A stretch of 64,000 bases of DNA from Candidatus Babeliales bacterium (lineage in GTDB: Bacteria > Babelota > Babeliae > Babelales > JANWKD01). Below, one piece after another: positions 10,057-20,637 of the stretch (position 1 is the stretch's first letter; each line of letters starts with the position of its first letter). Location of the stretch: assembly GCA_963701665.1 (NCBI GenBank), contig OY969622.1:608001-672000 (forward strand). The letters are read 5' to 3'. The position numbers were made by a program, and so were the translations under genes. The notes beneath the pieces are model-generated. The model saw only the letters and a program-made list of their open reading frames with translations. It did not search any database and had not been told where the DNA came from.

Positions 10057-11169
10057 TTACACATTAAACTTGATGTTGATGATATCGCCATCCTGAACAA
10101 TGTATTCTTGGCCTTCAGTTTTCATTTTGCCTTTTTCTTTTACCTTAGCTTCACTGCCTAAAGCAAAAAGATCTGCGCAATTAAAAACATCAGCACAGAT
10201 AAACCCTCGTTCAAGATCCGAGTGAATTTCGCCGCCCGCTTGGCGTACTGTTTTCCCTCGCGTGAATGGCCACGCGTGTATTTCTTTTGGCCCGCACGTA
10301 AAGAAGGTTATGAGCCCGAGGTTGCTGTATGTTTTTTTAATAATTTCATCAAGGCCGCGCGCTTTAATGCCCATAAAACCCATCATTTGTTCAGCTTCAT
10401 CATCGGGTAATTGCGAAAGTTCGTATTCCAATTTTGCACTGATTGGAATTACTTTCTCTGGTCCAAATTTTTTCACCAAAGATTGGTAATATGTATTTGA
10501 TTCATAACCGCCTTGTTCAGCTTCGTGCTCAGCAATATTGGCAACGATCAGGAAATTTTTTGTAGTAAGTAGTGGTACTGTGGCCACCGCATGCTGTTTT
10601 ATGGTGGCTTGAACAGATTCTAACGTTCCTTGATTGAGCTCTTTCATCAAAGCTTCTAAAAGTTGTAACTCTGCCGTAAGTTCTTTAAATTCAGCAGGCT
10701 TATTTTTTGCTGATTTTAAAAGATGCTGTACTTTTTCGATGCGTTTGCTGACTGACTCAATATCTTTGAGCATAAGTTCGGCATTAATAATATCGAAATC
10801 GTTAAGTGGATCTATATCAGCACTCGTGTGAATAATATTAGGATCAGAAAAACAACGTACGACATGAATAATGAGATCAACTTCACGAATATGACTAAGA
10901 AATTGATTGCCAAGCCCCTCGCCTGAAGCTGCCCCTTTAACAAGGCCTGCAATGTCAACAAAACTAACCGTGGCAGGGATCTGTTTTTGGCTGTTATAGA
11001 TTTTTTGAAGTTTTGTAAGACGCTCATCTGGCACATTGGTTATGGCAACATGAGGATCAATGGTGCAAAAAGGATAATTTTCTGCGGGTACCGCAGATTT
11101 TGTCAATGCATTAAAAAGGGTTGATTTTCCAACATTGGGTAATCCAACAAGGCCAGCGCGTATACTCAT
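10057..11169 (-). CDS. ychF: Ribosome-binding ATPase YchF
   Basis: GLVGLPNVGKSTLFNALT, NYPFCTIDP, DIAGLVKGA, C-terminal TGS domain. Confidence 0.97.
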   Translation of the reverse strand: MSIRAGLVGLPNVGKSTLFNALTKSAVPAENYPFCTIDPHVAITNVPDERLTKLQKIYNSQKQIPATVSFVDIAGLVKGAASGEGLGNQFLSHIREVDLIIHVVRCFSDPNIIHTSADIDPLNDFDIINAELMLKDIESVSKRIEKVQHLLKSAKNKPAEFKELTAELQLLEALMKELNQGTLESVQATIKQHAVATVPLLTTKNFLIVANIAEHEAEQGGYESNTYYQSLVKKFGPEKVIPISAKLEYELSQLPDDEAEQMMGFMGIKARGLDEIIKKTYSNLGLITFFTCGPKEIHAWPFTRGKTVRQAGGEIHSDLERGFICADVFNCADLFALGSEAKVKEKGKMKTEGQEYIVQDGDIINIKFNV

Positions 11170-11332
11170 GGGAAATAATATCCTTAGCAAATAAAACAAT
11201 ATCACTTCTAGTCTGCTTTAAAAAACAAATTTTATCAAATAACGCATCATAGTAATTTTATAAATTGAAATTATTGATTTTAAATTAATGTCTTTTGTAT
11301 TCTATTAATAACTATAAAGGGCAGAGTAATTT

Positions 11333-14266
11333 TTGAGGAACAGTATGATAAAAAAGCGGTATATTCTTGGGCTTTTGTTGAGTGTTATTTGTATTACCGT
11401 ATTAGAAACCATGGTTGCAGGTGAACGTGTTGTTGAAGAAAAACCATGGAAACCTGCTGAAGAGCCGAAATCTGTTGAGGAAGCGAAAAGGCTTCAAGAA
11501 ATAGCTCGTAAAGAAGAATTGGCGGCAGAAAAGAAGCTTGAAGAAGCAAAAAAGGCAAAAGACACCGAGGAGATGCGTAAACAACAGGCTCTTGTGGATA
11601 AAGCACAATTTGATTGGAATACTGCTGATGCAGTTATAACTAATTTAGGTGTACTGCAAGATCCTGCTCAATCTAAAGAAATGAAAAAATCCGCACAGGA
11701 AACATTGGAGAATCGAAAAATTGAGATAACCCAAAAGATTAGAGAATATGAAAAAGCATTAGCAGGAACTGGTACATCTACAGGAACGGGCACTCAAAAT
11801 GCCGTTAAGAGCTATCAAGAAAAAGTTGCAACTGAATTACAAGGACTCTCAGAGAAACAAATCTTGGGAGAATTAAAAGCAGAGATTGATGCTCTTGTAT
11901 CAGGTGGTTATTCATCTACAGCAAAAAAACAGGGAAGAGATATTCCCTATAGTGAGCGTAAGGCTATGCTTGAGTTCCTAGAAAATACACTCAATGCACG
12001 AGTAAAAACGCAAAGTCCCGAAGTTGCTGCATTGAAAAACAGTATTGTTGATACGATTGAGAATATTGATAATCTCGGTAAACAAAAACCTATTGCTAAT
12101 AATGCCATAGATAAAAAGTTTGATCTTTCAGAAAAGATCACGGCAGATCAGATTAGGCTTTTAAGAAAGCAATTAGTGAAAGATGTTTTTGAAAAAGATT
12201 TTAAAACACCTGCAGAACGATTAAAAGCGTTGAATGAAATGCAAAAAATTGTTGATACCTATGATATTTACGATGATAAGATTCAGCCCGTGATGGATAA
12301 AATTGCCCATCAACCTGATATTGTTGAAGCAAAATTAAAAGAGATTGAGATTGCTAAAACTATTGCAGCAAAATTTAATGACGCTTTTGTGACATTAAAT
12401 GATATGTATGAAAGAATTAAATCGTTAAAATATAACGAGCAAGCGACAATGTTAAAGGATTTCCAAAATATGTACAATAAATTTCTTCAAGCCAATGAGA
12501 AATCTCCAACATTGGATGCCCAGCAACAATCTGCGCTTAAACAAAAATACGATGACGTTGTGCGACATGCACAAGAAGTCGATGCATTCTTAAAAAATCC
12601 AAAGCAGACAAATCAAACGGCCCTAGAAAAAGATTTAAAATTAGCGGAAAAAATCCCTTCTGATCAAATTAAAGCCATCATGGATCGTATAGAACTCTTT
12701 GGTTATACTAATGCAAGGGAATTAACAGCAAAAGATATTGCTACGTTGAAGGATATACGAGACGCTATGGATCATTTCAAATTACAAAAAGAGTACTCTG
12801 ATGAATATGGGTTCATTGATGATCTTATTAAAGATGCCACAAAATCTGTTATTTCTCTGCCAGAAGGTCTTACCAAAGAAGATGTTGCATCGACATCCAT
12901 ATTGGGTGAAATTGGTGAAAAAATTACGAGTGGTGTGCAAAACATTAAAGATTTTTTTGTTAAAGATGGTGCCATAATCGTTAAAAATGCCGCTGAGATT
13001 GTAGTATATCCAGCGAAAAAAATTGCAGAAGGCTTTAGTTATATAATTCGCGAGACAGGGAAGTTTTTACAAAAAACATTCACGGCACCTGAGTTTGTTA
13101 ATAAAATGGCGGATGCCCCAGAGATGCTTGATGATGTATTAACGAGCATAGCTAATCTTGATACCGCAGGTGGCGGTGTTGTTAAAGGAGTGCTCCGAGC
13201 TGATATTGGCATACAACAAGTTTTATTAACCGTTGTTGGACAACAAGATGTAGCTGATGCATTAGGTGAATTTGCTAAGATTTCTTATAAAGAGCATGTC
13301 AATGATCCTATGGTGCAAAAAATTAAAAGATATGTTGATAAAGTTGGCACTGTTGGCAAAACGCTTAAATCAATCATGGAATTCCCTAAATATATCGGTG
13401 AAAAATTAGAGCAAAGTGTAAGAACCAAAAAAGAAACAGCGTCGTTGAGAGAAATAGATGAAACGCAGCGACTGATTGAAGAAGAACGTGCGAATATTAC
13501 ATTAGCAAAAGGAGAAGCTAATAAAGAGATTCCAGGTATTAAGCAGTTAGGCGATTTACTATTCAAACTGTCGAACTATGTCAGTGATCGTGTATATAAC
13601 ACTAATAAAAGTATTGAAACGGCACAACAAGACTATGAACAAGCGCGCAAAGACTACTTCGTGGCATTGGGAGTTGATTATAGTGCAAACTTAACACCAC
13701 AACAGATTGCCGGGAGAATTGAACAAATGAAATTAAGTAGAAATGATAATTTCATTCAAGCAACAAATAAATTGGCTGACGCGGTTGATCAGTTGGCTTT
13801 TGCCTACGAAGTATTGGTTAATAAATTAACGAGTGTTGAGACTAATTTGAAATTCGTTGTTGATGCATGGGATATGATTATTATATCCCCCGATGGGCAA
13901 AATACAGAGCTTCCGGTAATAATAAAAAGTATTTTTACGCTCCGCGACCTTAAATTAGCTTATTTAGAGGCAACGAGAAATGGCGTTTTACAAATGCAAT
14001 CTGACGTTGCTAAATTTAAAGATTCTCCATCAGGATTATTGGCTGATGATGCAGTAACGCGCTATAGAAGAGTTGTTGATGATAAAATATTTGAGACAAT
14101 TCAAGAATATGCAAATGCCATGAATCAAATTGATAGAGCAATTGCAGGGCAAAAAGAATTTATTGAATCAAAGTTACCAAAAGTAGTGGATGAAACATCA
14201 GGCTCAAGCAGTACTGGCACAGGAAACGTACCACCACCAGATACCGGTGGCGGTGGATGGGATTAA
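11333..14266 (+). CDS. Large exported coiled-coil hypothetical protein
   Basis: 977-aa ORF, signal-like N-terminus, E/K/Q-rich helical sequence; true start may be ATG 11345. Confidence 0.75.
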   Translation: MRNSMIKKRYILGLLLSVICITVLETMVAGERVVEEKPWKPAEEPKSVEEAKRLQEIARKEELAAEKKLEEAKKAKDTEEMRKQQALVDKAQFDWNTADAVITNLGVLQDPAQSKEMKKSAQETLENRKIEITQKIREYEKALAGTGTSTGTGTQNAVKSYQEKVATELQGLSEKQILGELKAEIDALVSGGYSSTAKKQGRDIPYSERKAMLEFLENTLNARVKTQSPEVAALKNSIVDTIENIDNLGKQKPIANNAIDKKFDLSEKITADQIRLLRKQLVKDVFEKDFKTPAERLKALNEMQKIVDTYDIYDDKIQPVMDKIAHQPDIVEAKLKEIEIAKTIAAKFNDAFVTLNDMYERIKSLKYNEQATMLKDFQNMYNKFLQANEKSPTLDAQQQSALKQKYDDVVRHAQEVDAFLKNPKQTNQTALEKDLKLAEKIPSDQIKAIMDRIELFGYTNARELTAKDIATLKDIRDAMDHFKLQKEYSDEYGFIDDLIKDATKSVISLPEGLTKEDVASTSILGEIGEKITSGVQNIKDFFVKDGAIIVKNAAEIVVYPAKKIAEGFSYIIRETGKFLQKTFTAPEFVNKMADAPEMLDDVLTSIANLDTAGGGVVKGVLRADIGIQQVLLTVVGQQDVADALGEFAKISYKEHVNDPMVQKIKRYVDKVGTVGKTLKSIMEFPKYIGEKLEQSVRTKKETASLREIDETQRLIEEERANITLAKGEANKEIPGIKQLGDLLFKLSNYVSDRVYNTNKSIETAQQDYEQARKDYFVALGVDYSANLTPQQIAGRIEQMKLSRNDNFIQATNKLADAVDQLAFAYEVLVNKLTSVETNLKFVVDAWDMIIISPDGQNTELPVIIKSIFTLRDLKLAYLEATRNGVLQMQSDVAKFKDSPSGLLADDAVTRYRRVVDDKIFETIQEYANAMNQIDRAIAGQKEFIESKLPKVVDETSGSSSTGTGNVPPPDTGGGGWD

Positions 14267-14356
14267 TCTTAAAACCAAAACTATTGCATATTCAGGCAGT
14301 TTATGCAATCATATTTTTTGTTGTTATATAACTGTCATCATAAGAAAGGAGATGAT

Positions 14357-14599
14357 ATGCATTCACCAATGAAATTTGTTTATTATTTAATTGTTTTTCT
14401 TGCAGCATTAGGTTCAATTCATCTTGGATTACTTGCATCAGGCTATGATATTCTCGCTATGGCAAATATTTCACACTTATCAAAAGCGTTGTACACAACG
14501 TTTGGTGTTTGTGGAGTTTTAACCGTTATTATGTTGTTCATGCATTGCAGTGGCCATTGCCATGCAGGGTCATGCAACAGCTCATGCGGATGCAAATAA
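14357..14599 (+). CDS. Small membrane protein (DUF378-like) with a Cys/His-rich tail
   Basis: Two hydrophobic helices with LGSIHLGL..GYDIL pattern; AAGGAG RBS. Confidence 0.55.
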   Translation: MHSPMKFVYYLIVFLAALGSIHLGLLASGYDILAMANISHLSKALYTTFGVCGVLTVIMLFMHCSGHCHAGSCNSSCGCK

Positions 14600-14633
14600 A
14601 ACTGCAAGTTTTAAAAATAATGAAAGAGGTCTG

Positions 14634-15632
14634 TTACTGTTTACAGGCCTCTTTTTTTTGAACTCTATGGCCGATTGATTGTCCCATTTTAATAGGTGTT
14701 TCTTTACCTTGTTGTGAATGGTGCACATATTCCTGGCAAAGCTTTATACTTCCCTTTTTGAATACTAACACGATAGTTGAGCCCCCAAAGCAAAAATATC
14801 CCGCTTCATCACCTTTATTATAGTTTTTTTCAGCGACATATGTTTCTTTAATAGCACCGACAAATAATGCACCAACGCTTACCATGCATACTGGATCGCG
14901 GGAATTAGTTTTTAAGAATATGATATGACGCTCGTTTTGTGTGAGCGGCTGTATGCCACATAGATATGCTATTGGATTTACGGATTCATAGATACCTTTT
15001 ATTCGCTGCGCTTTTGATGGTATGCATGAAATAGGAAAATGAAATCGATGATAATCCCACGGCGCCAATCTCAAGAGAACGAGTGTTCCGCCTTCATAGT
15101 CGTGTGCCAAGCGCGCGTTTGCCAAAAATGTTGCCAGATTAAAATGACATTCTTTTACAGGAAAACCCATAGTTTGTGAGATATTTTCAAAGACAAAAAT
15201 AGTGCCATCTGCAGGAGAAATGATGACATCAGGATTTTTATCAATAGGGCGTGCGCTAGATTTGAGCTTGCGAATAAAAAATTCATTAAACGTTTTATAC
15301 GTTGCAAGAGGTTCTTGTGCTTCATGCATATTAATATGATAGCTTTTGACAAACGAGGGTATCCACCACGAACTTAGTTTGCGATCGCAAAACCATCCAG
15401 CGAGTGAGCTTGCCCATGATTTGATCAAACATGAGCGCATTATTTTACCAATGCTATTGGTATATAAAAAGGAAAGCATAGAAGGTGTTTTTTCAGTGCT
15501 CACCGTTGTGCTCATGTTTTTTTTATCTAAAAAAGTTTTTTTATGTATGCTTTTGCTATGCATTAAAAAGCAGGCGATAAACAGTATAAAAGCTACTAAT
15601 TTTTTTTTATTTTTATAACTTTTTTGTGTCAT
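14634..15632 (-). CDS. psd: Phosphatidylserine decarboxylase
   Basis: TFNEFFIRKLK..ARPI, SPADG, RLAPWDYHRFHFP, FGGST self-cleavage motif. Confidence 0.93.
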   Translation of the reverse strand: MTQKSYKNKKKLVAFILFIACFLMHSKSIHKKTFLDKKNMSTTVSTEKTPSMLSFLYTNSIGKIMRSCLIKSWASSLAGWFCDRKLSSWWIPSFVKSYHINMHEAQEPLATYKTFNEFFIRKLKSSARPIDKNPDVIISPADGTIFVFENISQTMGFPVKECHFNLATFLANARLAHDYEGGTLVLLRLAPWDYHRFHFPISCIPSKAQRIKGIYESVNPIAYLCGIQPLTQNERHIIFLKTNSRDPVCMVSVGALFVGAIKETYVAEKNYNKGDEAGYFCFGGSTIVLVFKKGSIKLCQEYVHHSQQGKETPIKMGQSIGHRVQKKEACKQ

Positions 15633-15675
15633 CCTCACCCGGCCGCTGATGTGTTTTAGTTCTGCGGTTCTTGCT

Positions 15676-16902
15676 TTAAAATAGTTTTGATTTTCTAGAT
15701 TCTTGCTGTAATTTTTTTTGAAACTCAAGCATGTCTAGCTTATTTACACTTCTTGATGTGGCGTCTTCTATTTGTGACGATATTTTATGTATGGTATCTG
15801 ATATCGTATTTAAATCTTGTTCCAATAAAGCTATAGATTCAATTATGTGTGAATCATTATTGAATTTCTTGCATGTTTTAAATGTAGCATAAAGAGCTTT
15901 TTGTTTTTCTATTATTTTCGGTAATGTTGTTAACTCATTTAAGGTCATACCTTTTTGAGCACCTTTTTTAAATACACTATTTGCATCTGCAAAAAATGAA
16001 ATATAAAATATTGGATTAATAGGATATAAATGTTCCATTTTAAAAACTCTTTGACAAAGTTTAACTTGTTTTTTGGAAGATTGAGCAGCGCAAAATTTAG
16101 AGATGAATTGGCCAAATTTTAACTCAGCTGCGCAGCGTAATTTAGCAAGTTCATTGTTCGACAAAAAGATTTTTTTGGCTATCACAATTTTTGGATTTTG
16201 TTCTTTATTACAATCAATGCCAGATAAAGCTTTTTTAAGTTTATCTTGTGATGCATAGGGATCTACATGGAGAACACTATATGGCGATTCATCAGGATAA
16301 CAAGTAAGCCATAGTTGTGAGAAAGAAATTGCCTCTCTTTTTTTATTATTATTATCATAATCAATGCTAATTGGCTGCTCCCCCATTGGATACAATAATG
16401 CCTTAAGGTACAAAGCAAGATCTGCATAAAAGGCAAGCAATAATGGTGAGAAAGATAATGATGATGCAAAACGTATATTATAACATTTATTTAATTGTGA
16501 CGTTACTTCATTGTAGAATGCAGCGCCTTCATTATTCGACGAAAGGATTTTTTTGGCTACCAGAATTTTTGAATTTTGCTCGTTATTACAATCGATTTCA
16601 GATAAAGCTTTTTTAAGTTCTTCTTCTGGCGCATGGGTATCTATGTTGAGAGCACTGTACGGTGATTCATTGGGATAACAAGTAAGCCATAGACGTGAGA
16701 AAGAAGGTCCCGCTATTTTATTATCCCTGTTAGTTTTTGGTTCATTTAAGACTTTGAGTGTAGCATGAAGAATGTTTAAAAGACTTATCTCTTTTTTATC
16801 ATCACATCTACGGTTTTGCTTCTCATCCATTGGATATAATAATGCATTAAAGAAAATAATTGTGGTAAGAACAACATACTTCTGAGATCTTATTTTTATC
16901 AT
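15676..16902 (-). CDS. Exported hypothetical protein with two degenerate J-domain-like repeats
   Basis: FS.LWLTCYP.ESPYS.L..D..A....LKKALS.IDCN.EQN.KI..AKKI occurs twice. Confidence 0.65.
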   Translation of the reverse strand: MIKIRSQKYVVLTTIIFFNALLYPMDEKQNRRCDDKKEISLLNILHATLKVLNEPKTNRDNKIAGPSFSRLWLTCYPNESPYSALNIDTHAPEEELKKALSEIDCNNEQNSKILVAKKILSSNNEGAAFYNEVTSQLNKCYNIRFASSLSFSPLLLAFYADLALYLKALLYPMGEQPISIDYDNNNKKREAISFSQLWLTCYPDESPYSVLHVDPYASQDKLKKALSGIDCNKEQNPKIVIAKKIFLSNNELAKLRCAAELKFGQFISKFCAAQSSKKQVKLCQRVFKMEHLYPINPIFYISFFADANSVFKKGAQKGMTLNELTTLPKIIEKQKALYATFKTCKKFNNDSHIIESIALLEQDLNTISDTIHKISSQIEDATSRSVNKLDMLEFQKKLQQESRKSKLF

Positions 16903-16941
16903 AAAAATGCCTCGCAATACATGAATCATATTTTATTATCT

Positions 16942-16976
16942 GGATTGCCACGCCAACTGCGTTGGCTCGCAATGAC
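16942..16976 (-). repeat. Single REP-like palindrome (GTCATTGCGAG...GTGGCAATCC type)
   Basis: Matches unit A of the doublets at 33925, 56820 and 58402. Confidence 0.8.
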
Positions 16977-17108
16977 ATCCCTGCATTCTATTATCTACTG
17001 TTACTTTTATTATACCATTTATACTTCGTGACGCCTAAAAAGATTTCTATTACACTAAACAAATCACTGCTCTACAAGCTCTAGTTATTTAAAAAGGTAC
17101 TTTTTTGT

Positions 17109-19676
17109 ATGTCATTGGATTTTGCGTCAACACAAGCACTCACACCTTTAATGCAACAGTATTTTGAAATAAAAAATCAGTATGTCGATGCTTTGGTGCT
17201 CTTTCAAGTCGGTGATTTTTATGAACTGTTTTATGATGACGCAAAAAAAGCTGCAGCATGTCTTGCCATTGCGCTCACCGCGCGTGGAAAAAATAATGGC
17301 GAACCAATTCCTTTGTGTGGCGTGCCTGTGCATGCCATTAATCATTATCTAGCTAAATTGGTTTGCGCGGGCTTTAAGGTTGTGCTCTGTAATCAGCTTG
17401 AACCTGCAACGCCAGGAAAAGTTGTCGCACGCGGCGTGACGCAAGTTTTTTCGCCAGGTACGCTGACTGATGCAGCACTTCTCGATGAAAAAAAACCTTC
17501 CTATTTATTTTCTTTTTTTCCCGGAAATACGGCACATGCATTACTTTTTGGCGAATTGCTGACAGCACAATTATGGGCGACCACGATTGCTGCGAATAAT
17601 ACGTATCACGTTGAAACAGAGCTGCAGCGGTTTATGCCCGATGAAGTGTTGCTGCCCTCGATGAAAGAATCGAAAGAATTTGAAGCTTTTTTTAAAAAAT
17701 TAGGATATTACACGACAATCATTACACGCGATGATGAAGCGTATGCGCGCGCTACGCAGTGGATTTCGCCACTGCTTTCAAAAAAAAATGTGAATGGTCA
17801 TCATGACATTCTATATAATGCGCTCGCACAATTTCACTCGTATATAAAAACTTCGCACGCGGCATCGCTCGATCAATTTCAAACACTCGAGTTATATTCA
17901 CCACAAGAATTTTTAAGTATTGATAGTGCAACGCAAAGAAATCTTGAACTGGTAAAAAATATGCATGACGGCACGGTAAAAAATTCGTTATTTCACGTGA
18001 TGGATGGTGCTGTAACGGCGATGGGTTCCAGGACTATAAAAAAATGGATCGCGCGTCCGCTTATTGATCGCGAAGCCATTGTGCAACGTCAAGATGCGGT
18101 GGAACATTTTGTGTATCACGTTAGCTTTTTGCAAAAAATCCGCACGCTTTTACAACGCGTGGGAGATGCCGAGCGCATTATTGGGCGCATCATCGTCATG
18201 CGAGGGACTATTCATGATTATCGTTCGTTACTTTCTATCTTGGAAACATTGCCCTCGTTTGCTGCCGGTTTGTCAGATGCATCATTGCCGCTCTTATTGC
18301 GCATGATTGGTGCTCTGCTGCAACAAGCTGATTCGCTCGCGCACTATTTAGCCCAAGCACTTTCAATTGACAGTACGCAAGAATGGCTTATTGCGCCAAA
18401 GTTTGATGCACAGCTTGATGCGTATCGTTTGCTTGTTGAAAAAAGTACCCAGGTATTACTTGAATTTGAAAAACGTGAACAAGAGAAAACAAGAATCTCT
18501 TCACTCAAAGTTCGGTTTAATTCTGTGCATGGCTATTATATTGAAATTACGCATGCGAACGCTCATTTAGTTCCTACTGATTATATGCGCACACAAACGC
18601 TCGTTGGCAAAGAACGATACACAACACTCGAATTGAAAAAACTTGAAATCCAGGTGAATGAAGCGCGTGCCAACATTGATCAATTAGAAAAGAATATTTT
18701 CGCGCGTCTCAAAGCAGAAGTGCACGCGCATGCACCCACACTGCGTCGCATTGCGCGCGCGTTATCGCAGCTTGATGCATTATTTGGTTTGGCATATATC
18801 AGTTATGCACATGGTTTTATACGGCCGACTTTTAATGACACGGCGAATGTGAGCATCAAACAAGGTAAACATCCGGTGGTAAGTGCGCACGTGAAGACAC
18901 ATTTTATTCCTAATGATACGGCGCTTGATGATGAACACTCTCTGTGGATTATTACTGGTCCTAACATGGGTGGCAAATCAACCTACTTACGGCAGGTAGC
19001 ATTAATTAGCGTTATGGCACAATGTGGCTCATTCGTTCCCGCTGCTCATGCGGAGTTGCCGATTTTTGATAAAATTTTTTCACGCATAGGCGCAGGCGAT
19101 AATGTTGCTGCAGGAAAAAGTACCTTCTTAATGGAAATGGAAGAAACTGCATTTATCTGTGCACACGCAACGAACAAAAGTCTTGTAATTTTTGATGAAA
19201 TTGGGCGAGGGACGAGTACCTTTGATGGGCTTGCACTCGCGCAGGCTGTCCTTGAATATGTGCATACGGTGATACGCGCGCGGTGCCTTTTTGCAACCCA
19301 TTATCATGAATTAACGGCGTTGGCACATCAGTTGAAGGGTATTGTATGTTACCATGCTGCAAGTAAAAAAACGGCAACAGGTATCTCATTGCTTTATTCA
19401 ATTTTGCCAGGTTCTGCTGATGGCAGTTTTGGCATTGAAGTGGCAAAAATTGCTCACGTACCTGATATGATTATTCAGCGTGCGCAAGAACTTGTAACGC
19501 AATTAGGCATGCACGTGCCTACTGCATCGAGGGAACATGAAGCGAGTGCCGTAAAAGTGGATGCGCGTGCATCTGAGCTTTGCGCACTCGTTGAAAAAAT
19601 AGATTATAATAATTTGTCGCCTAAACACGCGTTTGATATTCTGTGGGCGATGAAAGAAATGGTTGAAAAAAAATGA
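17109..19676 (+). CDS. mutS: DNA mismatch repair protein MutS
   Basis: TPLMQQY, GDFYELF, ITGPNMGGKSTYLRQ, DEIGRGTS, ATHYHEL. Confidence 0.98.
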   Translation: MSLDFASTQALTPLMQQYFEIKNQYVDALVLFQVGDFYELFYDDAKKAAACLAIALTARGKNNGEPIPLCGVPVHAINHYLAKLVCAGFKVVLCNQLEPATPGKVVARGVTQVFSPGTLTDAALLDEKKPSYLFSFFPGNTAHALLFGELLTAQLWATTIAANNTYHVETELQRFMPDEVLLPSMKESKEFEAFFKKLGYYTTIITRDDEAYARATQWISPLLSKKNVNGHHDILYNALAQFHSYIKTSHAASLDQFQTLELYSPQEFLSIDSATQRNLELVKNMHDGTVKNSLFHVMDGAVTAMGSRTIKKWIARPLIDREAIVQRQDAVEHFVYHVSFLQKIRTLLQRVGDAERIIGRIIVMRGTIHDYRSLLSILETLPSFAAGLSDASLPLLLRMIGALLQQADSLAHYLAQALSIDSTQEWLIAPKFDAQLDAYRLLVEKSTQVLLEFEKREQEKTRISSLKVRFNSVHGYYIEITHANAHLVPTDYMRTQTLVGKERYTTLELKKLEIQVNEARANIDQLEKNIFARLKAEVHAHAPTLRRIARALSQLDALFGLAYISYAHGFIRPTFNDTANVSIKQGKHPVVSAHVKTHFIPNDTALDDEHSLWIITGPNMGGKSTYLRQVALISVMAQCGSFVPAAHAELPIFDKIFSRIGAGDNVAAGKSTFLMEMEETAFICAHATNKSLVIFDEIGRGTSTFDGLALAQAVLEYVHTVIRARCLFATHYHELTALAHQLKGIVCYHAASKKTATGISLLYSILPGSADGSFGIEVAKIAHVPDMIIQRAQELVTQLGMHVPTASREHEASAVKVDARASELCALVEKIDYNNLSPKHAFDILWAMKEMVEKK

Positions 19677-19704
19677 AGAGCGAAGGTTACTTCGCTCTTT
19701 CATC
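19672..19704. terminator. Hairpin terminator, paralogous to those at 20577-20610 and 21418-21451
   Basis: GAGCGAAG-gtta-CTTCGCTC stem. Confidence 0.65.
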
Positions 19705-19716
19705 AATGTTTCTTGC

Positions 19717-20499
19717 TTATGAATTTACTGGGTATAGGGGTAATGCTGGCGTAGTTTGGGTTGGATTTTGCTCTCTGGGTGTATTTACTGGAATTTGCAG
19801 GTTATATTTGTAAATAATTAATTGACCCAGCGCATACGATATAAATTGTTGCTTTTTACTAGGTTCTGTTGGAGTTATAACGCCACCAACACCAATTTGT
19901 GCGGGAATATCAGTTAAAAGCAAGTCTGATTTAACCCATGAATGTGCTTGTTCTATAAAATCGCCGGCGTCTGAAATAAATTTGAAAGTTTTTCCAACAA
20001 TACCTTCATCAAAGCCTAAACCTTGACCTCTTTTAATACCTGCATACGTTTGGCCATTGTATAACCATGTTAACAATGTAATAAGCTTATCAACATCGTT
20101 TGAAGTTAAACGAACGATATTATTTACTGAAGGAATTCCTGCAAGTATATTTTCTAATTGTTGCACGGCTATCGTGTGAAGGCTCTTTAAACGAACGATC
20201 GCAATTTGCGCGTTCTGCAACTTAATGAGTGATGCAGATTTAATAGATTTTTCGATTTTGTCTAAGGCATCAATATAGGGTTGGTCACTGACTCCTTTTT
20301 GTGGCCCAGGAACCGGCTTCTGTTTAAAGATATCCCTTATAATTTTTTCTATATCAAGGGGCTTGTTTGGATTGCTGATAGGAGATGTTGGGATCTTATC
20401 AACGGTATAATTTGTAGGCGCTTCACCACCCTGAGCAAAAAGTGAATTTGCCATACAGAATGCCATTATGGCAGTTAAAGCTAGTAATTGATTCTTCAT
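19717..20499 (-). CDS. Secreted hypothetical protein, tandem paralog A
   Basis: Shares IKSASL..L.N..IA, LT.LYNG, VG..F.FI..AG and GGV..P motifs with its neighbours. Confidence 0.8.
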   Translation of the reverse strand: MKNQLLALTAIMAFCMANSLFAQGGEAPTNYTVDKIPTSPISNPNKPLDIEKIIRDIFKQKPVPGPQKGVSDQPYIDALDKIEKSIKSASLIKLQNAQIAIVRLKSLHTIAVQQLENILAGIPSVNNIVRLTSNDVDKLITLLTWLYNGQTYAGIKRGQGLGFDEGIVGKTFKFISDAGDFIEQAHSWVKSDLLLTDIPAQIGVGGVITPTEPSKKQQFISYALGQLIIYKYNLQIPVNTPREQNPTQTTPALPLYPVNS

Positions 20500-20637
20500 T
20501 ATAAATCCTTTTTTTTCTTAAATTTAAATACAAAATAATTTTTTTTTCAAATAAGCATATGTTCAACGGTAGAAAGAATGAAGAGAGCGAGGGTTGGCTC
20601 GCTCTTTCATAAGAATACCGATTGATGGAGGAATATT

